Assembly (NCBI GenBank): GCA_943788915.1 | Contig: CALSSD010000003.1 | Span: 322,663-386,662, forward strand | Length of the DNA stretch: 64,000 bases | Source: an uncultured Acidimicrobiales bacterium | GTDB lineage: Bacteria > Actinomycetota > Acidimicrobiia > Acidimicrobiales > UBA10347 | Direction of reading: 5' to 3' | In this document: piece after piece, positions 62,402 to 64,000 of the stretch | Layout: every line of letters begins with the position of its first letter | How positions within the stretch are numbered: the stretch's first letter is position 1 | Program-made: the position numbers and the translations under genes | Notes under the pieces: model-generated | What the model saw: the letters and a program-made list of their open reading frames with translations, nothing else | What the model was told of the DNA's origin: nothing | Database searches by the model: none

Positions 62402-62743
62402 ATGCTTATTGTTGCTGGAACGATCAACGTCGACCCTGCTGATGTGCCGCAGTTGCGTGCCGCCGCCGCGCTGATGATGGCAGCGACCCACCAGGAACCA
62501 GGCAACATCGAATACGTCTTCAGCGTCAGCGTCGCCGACCCTGGCAACGTCCAGATCTTCGAGATCTGGGAGTCAGCCGACGATCTCGAGAAACACTTCA
62601 CCCTGCCGCATATGGCCACCTTCCAGGCAACGCTGAAGGAGCTCACAATCACCGGCCGCAGCCCTGCATCGTTACGAAGTCGCCTCGTTCGAACCCATGT
62701 AATGCAAGTCACGCCAATCCCATGTACTGTCGATCGCATGTAA
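62402..62743 (+). CDS. Antibiotic biosynthesis monooxygenase (ABM) family protein
   Basis: T.QEPGNIEYVF, IFEIWES..DL..HF..PHM. Confidence 0.85.
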   Translation: MLIVAGTINVDPADVPQLRAAAALMMAATHQEPGNIEYVFSVSVADPGNVQIFEIWESADDLEKHFTLPHMATFQATLKELTITGRSPASLRSRLVRTHVMQVTPIPCTVDRM

Positions 62744-62762
62744 CCGAGAAGGCGGTATCCCA

Positions 62763-63554
62763 ATGTTTCGGCGCACACTAGCGCTCGTTCATCGCACAGC
62801 TCTCTGTCTCTTCGCTCTTAGTGTGCTCGGGGCGCTCTCACTGACACCACTGCTCGCTGCACCCAATGCGGGGGCGCAAAGCGACAACGCCGCCCTTGAC
62901 GCTCTTCGCGCCGAAGTGCCCGAGGGAGATCCAGGCAAGTTCGACCTGACCGAAGCCAGTGAAGAATTTGGTCGTCTCGTCGTGCTCTATGAGCAAGCAA
63001 CGACCGGGGTCTCTGACTTCGGAGATGGCAGTGAGCTCACCGGACCATGCGGCGGGTGGGCCTACAGTTACGACAGCAACGGCGATCTACTCGATGCGGC
63101 CATGGACGTAGGAAACGGCGATCCACCCATCGACATTTTGGATGGCGGTGCGGCGTTTACCGCAGGCAACCCGTTTCGCGTTGACGTACGAGGTCTGGTT
63201 CAGTACTTCGGATTCGCACCCGAGAACGGCGACGGCCCTCGTAACCACACATGGTTTGTCAAGACTTCGGGCATCAGCCTCGACAAAGGCGGTGACCCGA
63301 ACACCAACCTCAAGAATCGGAATGTAGGAATCGTCGACCTGGCCAATGATCTTCCGGTGAAGTTCTCTGCAAAAGTGAGAGTCGAAGGCGAAATGGTGTC
63401 GGACAATCTGGCGACGTGTCGTGGTCAAGGCCATATCGACTTTGTCGGCAACGGACTCACCGATCCTGTCGGCCTCGCTGGGCTTGCACTCCTGGCCGGC
63501 GGCCTCTTCGGCCTTCTCTTTAATGCCCGTCCAGCGATCACGTACAAGAGCTAA
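62763..63554 (+). CDS. Hypothetical exported protein with C-terminal membrane anchor
   Basis: Signal ending AGA|Q, two Cys, C-terminal TM GLAGLALLAGGLFGLLF. Confidence 0.75.
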   Translation: MFRRTLALVHRTALCLFALSVLGALSLTPLLAAPNAGAQSDNAALDALRAEVPEGDPGKFDLTEASEEFGRLVVLYEQATTGVSDFGDGSELTGPCGGWAYSYDSNGDLLDAAMDVGNGDPPIDILDGGAAFTAGNPFRVDVRGLVQYFGFAPENGDGPRNHTWFVKTSGISLDKGGDPNTNLKNRNVGIVDLANDLPVKFSAKVRVEGEMVSDNLATCRGQGHIDFVGNGLTDPVGLAGLALLAGGLFGLLFNARPAITYKS

Positions 63555-63556
63555 CC

Positions 63557-63781
63557 ATGACAGACCAGATCAAAGAGACATATCCACTCCGAGGCGTCCT
63601 GTGGGGAATCATGTTCGGCCTTGGCCTCATGGTTGTTGCCATTGTGTCCAAGGTGATCGCTCTGAGCCTTGTTTCAGCTCTCGCCGTGCTCATCCTGGGG
63701 ATCGCTATCGGCACCACATGGAGCATGTTCGGCCCCGCTAAGACCCTGAAATCCGGAAATGACGGCGGTCAACCCGCCTGA
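63557..63781 (+). CDS. Small two-TM membrane protein
   Basis: GVLWGIMFGLGLMVVAIV / LVSALAVLILGIAIG; 2 nt after previous stop. Confidence 0.7.
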   Translation: MTDQIKETYPLRGVLWGIMFGLGLMVVAIVSKVIALSLVSALAVLILGIAIGTTWSMFGPAKTLKSGNDGGQPA

Positions 63782-63842
63782 CAACTCAGTGACTCTTGGC
63801 CGAAAACGAGGTAAACCGCTAAGAAGCGAGCATCCTTGATCG

Positions 63843-64000
63843 GTGAATTCCTCTGATACGACGTTGCCCGCAGGTTCCGCGAAGCGGGACGACATTCGTA
63901 ACGTCGCCATCATCGCGCACGTTGACCACGGCAAGACAACTCTGGTCGATGGCATGCTCCATCAATCCGGCGCTTTTGGCGCCCACCAGGACATCGACGA
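63843..64000 (+). CDS. typA: Translational GTPase TypA/BipA, 5' part (truncated by window)
   Basis: GTG start; [28 protein letters not shown]; not in ORF track. Confidence 0.88.
   Translation, partial: MNSSDTTLPAGSAKRDDIRNVAIIAHVDHGKTTLVDGMLHQSGAFGAHQDID

Overview
GC-rich actinobacterial chromosome segment. Gene content (leuS/cysS type, F420-dependent LLM, class F sortase, leaderless-type promoters) fits an Acidimicrobiia/Ilumatobacter-like organism, but that placement is an inference. Housekeeping genes include cysS, leuS, pncA/pncB and the 5' end of typA. There are acyl-CoA catabolic genes, including a TetR-carboxyltransferase-biotin carboxylase-ACAD-CitE-MaoC operon. Other modules are a SulP/carbonic anhydrase/rhodanese/persulfide dioxygenase cluster, an ECF sigma/anti-sigma/DUF4397/sortase F module, a heterodimeric ABC exporter and NfeD/flotillin. 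Most notable: (1) a two-gene non-cellulosomal cohesin-dockerin system at 10181-12414, with a secreted [unknown domain-cohesin-dockerin] protein and a membrane-anchored cohesin carrying a predicted cytoplasmic SH3-like domain; (2) a probable selenoprotein missed by the ORF track, a peroxiredoxin-like protein with in-frame UGA in UPYC and a SECIS-like hairpin at 43588-44076; (3) a perfect 105-bp x4.6 intergenic tandem array that begins at a stop codon; (4) a dispersed ~50-bp hairpin element that supplies the cysS stop codon; (5) many broken genes (frameshifts, nonsense codons, deletions). No rRNA, tRNA, CRISPR array or transposase was recognised. All product calls come from motif recognition by eye, not database searches.
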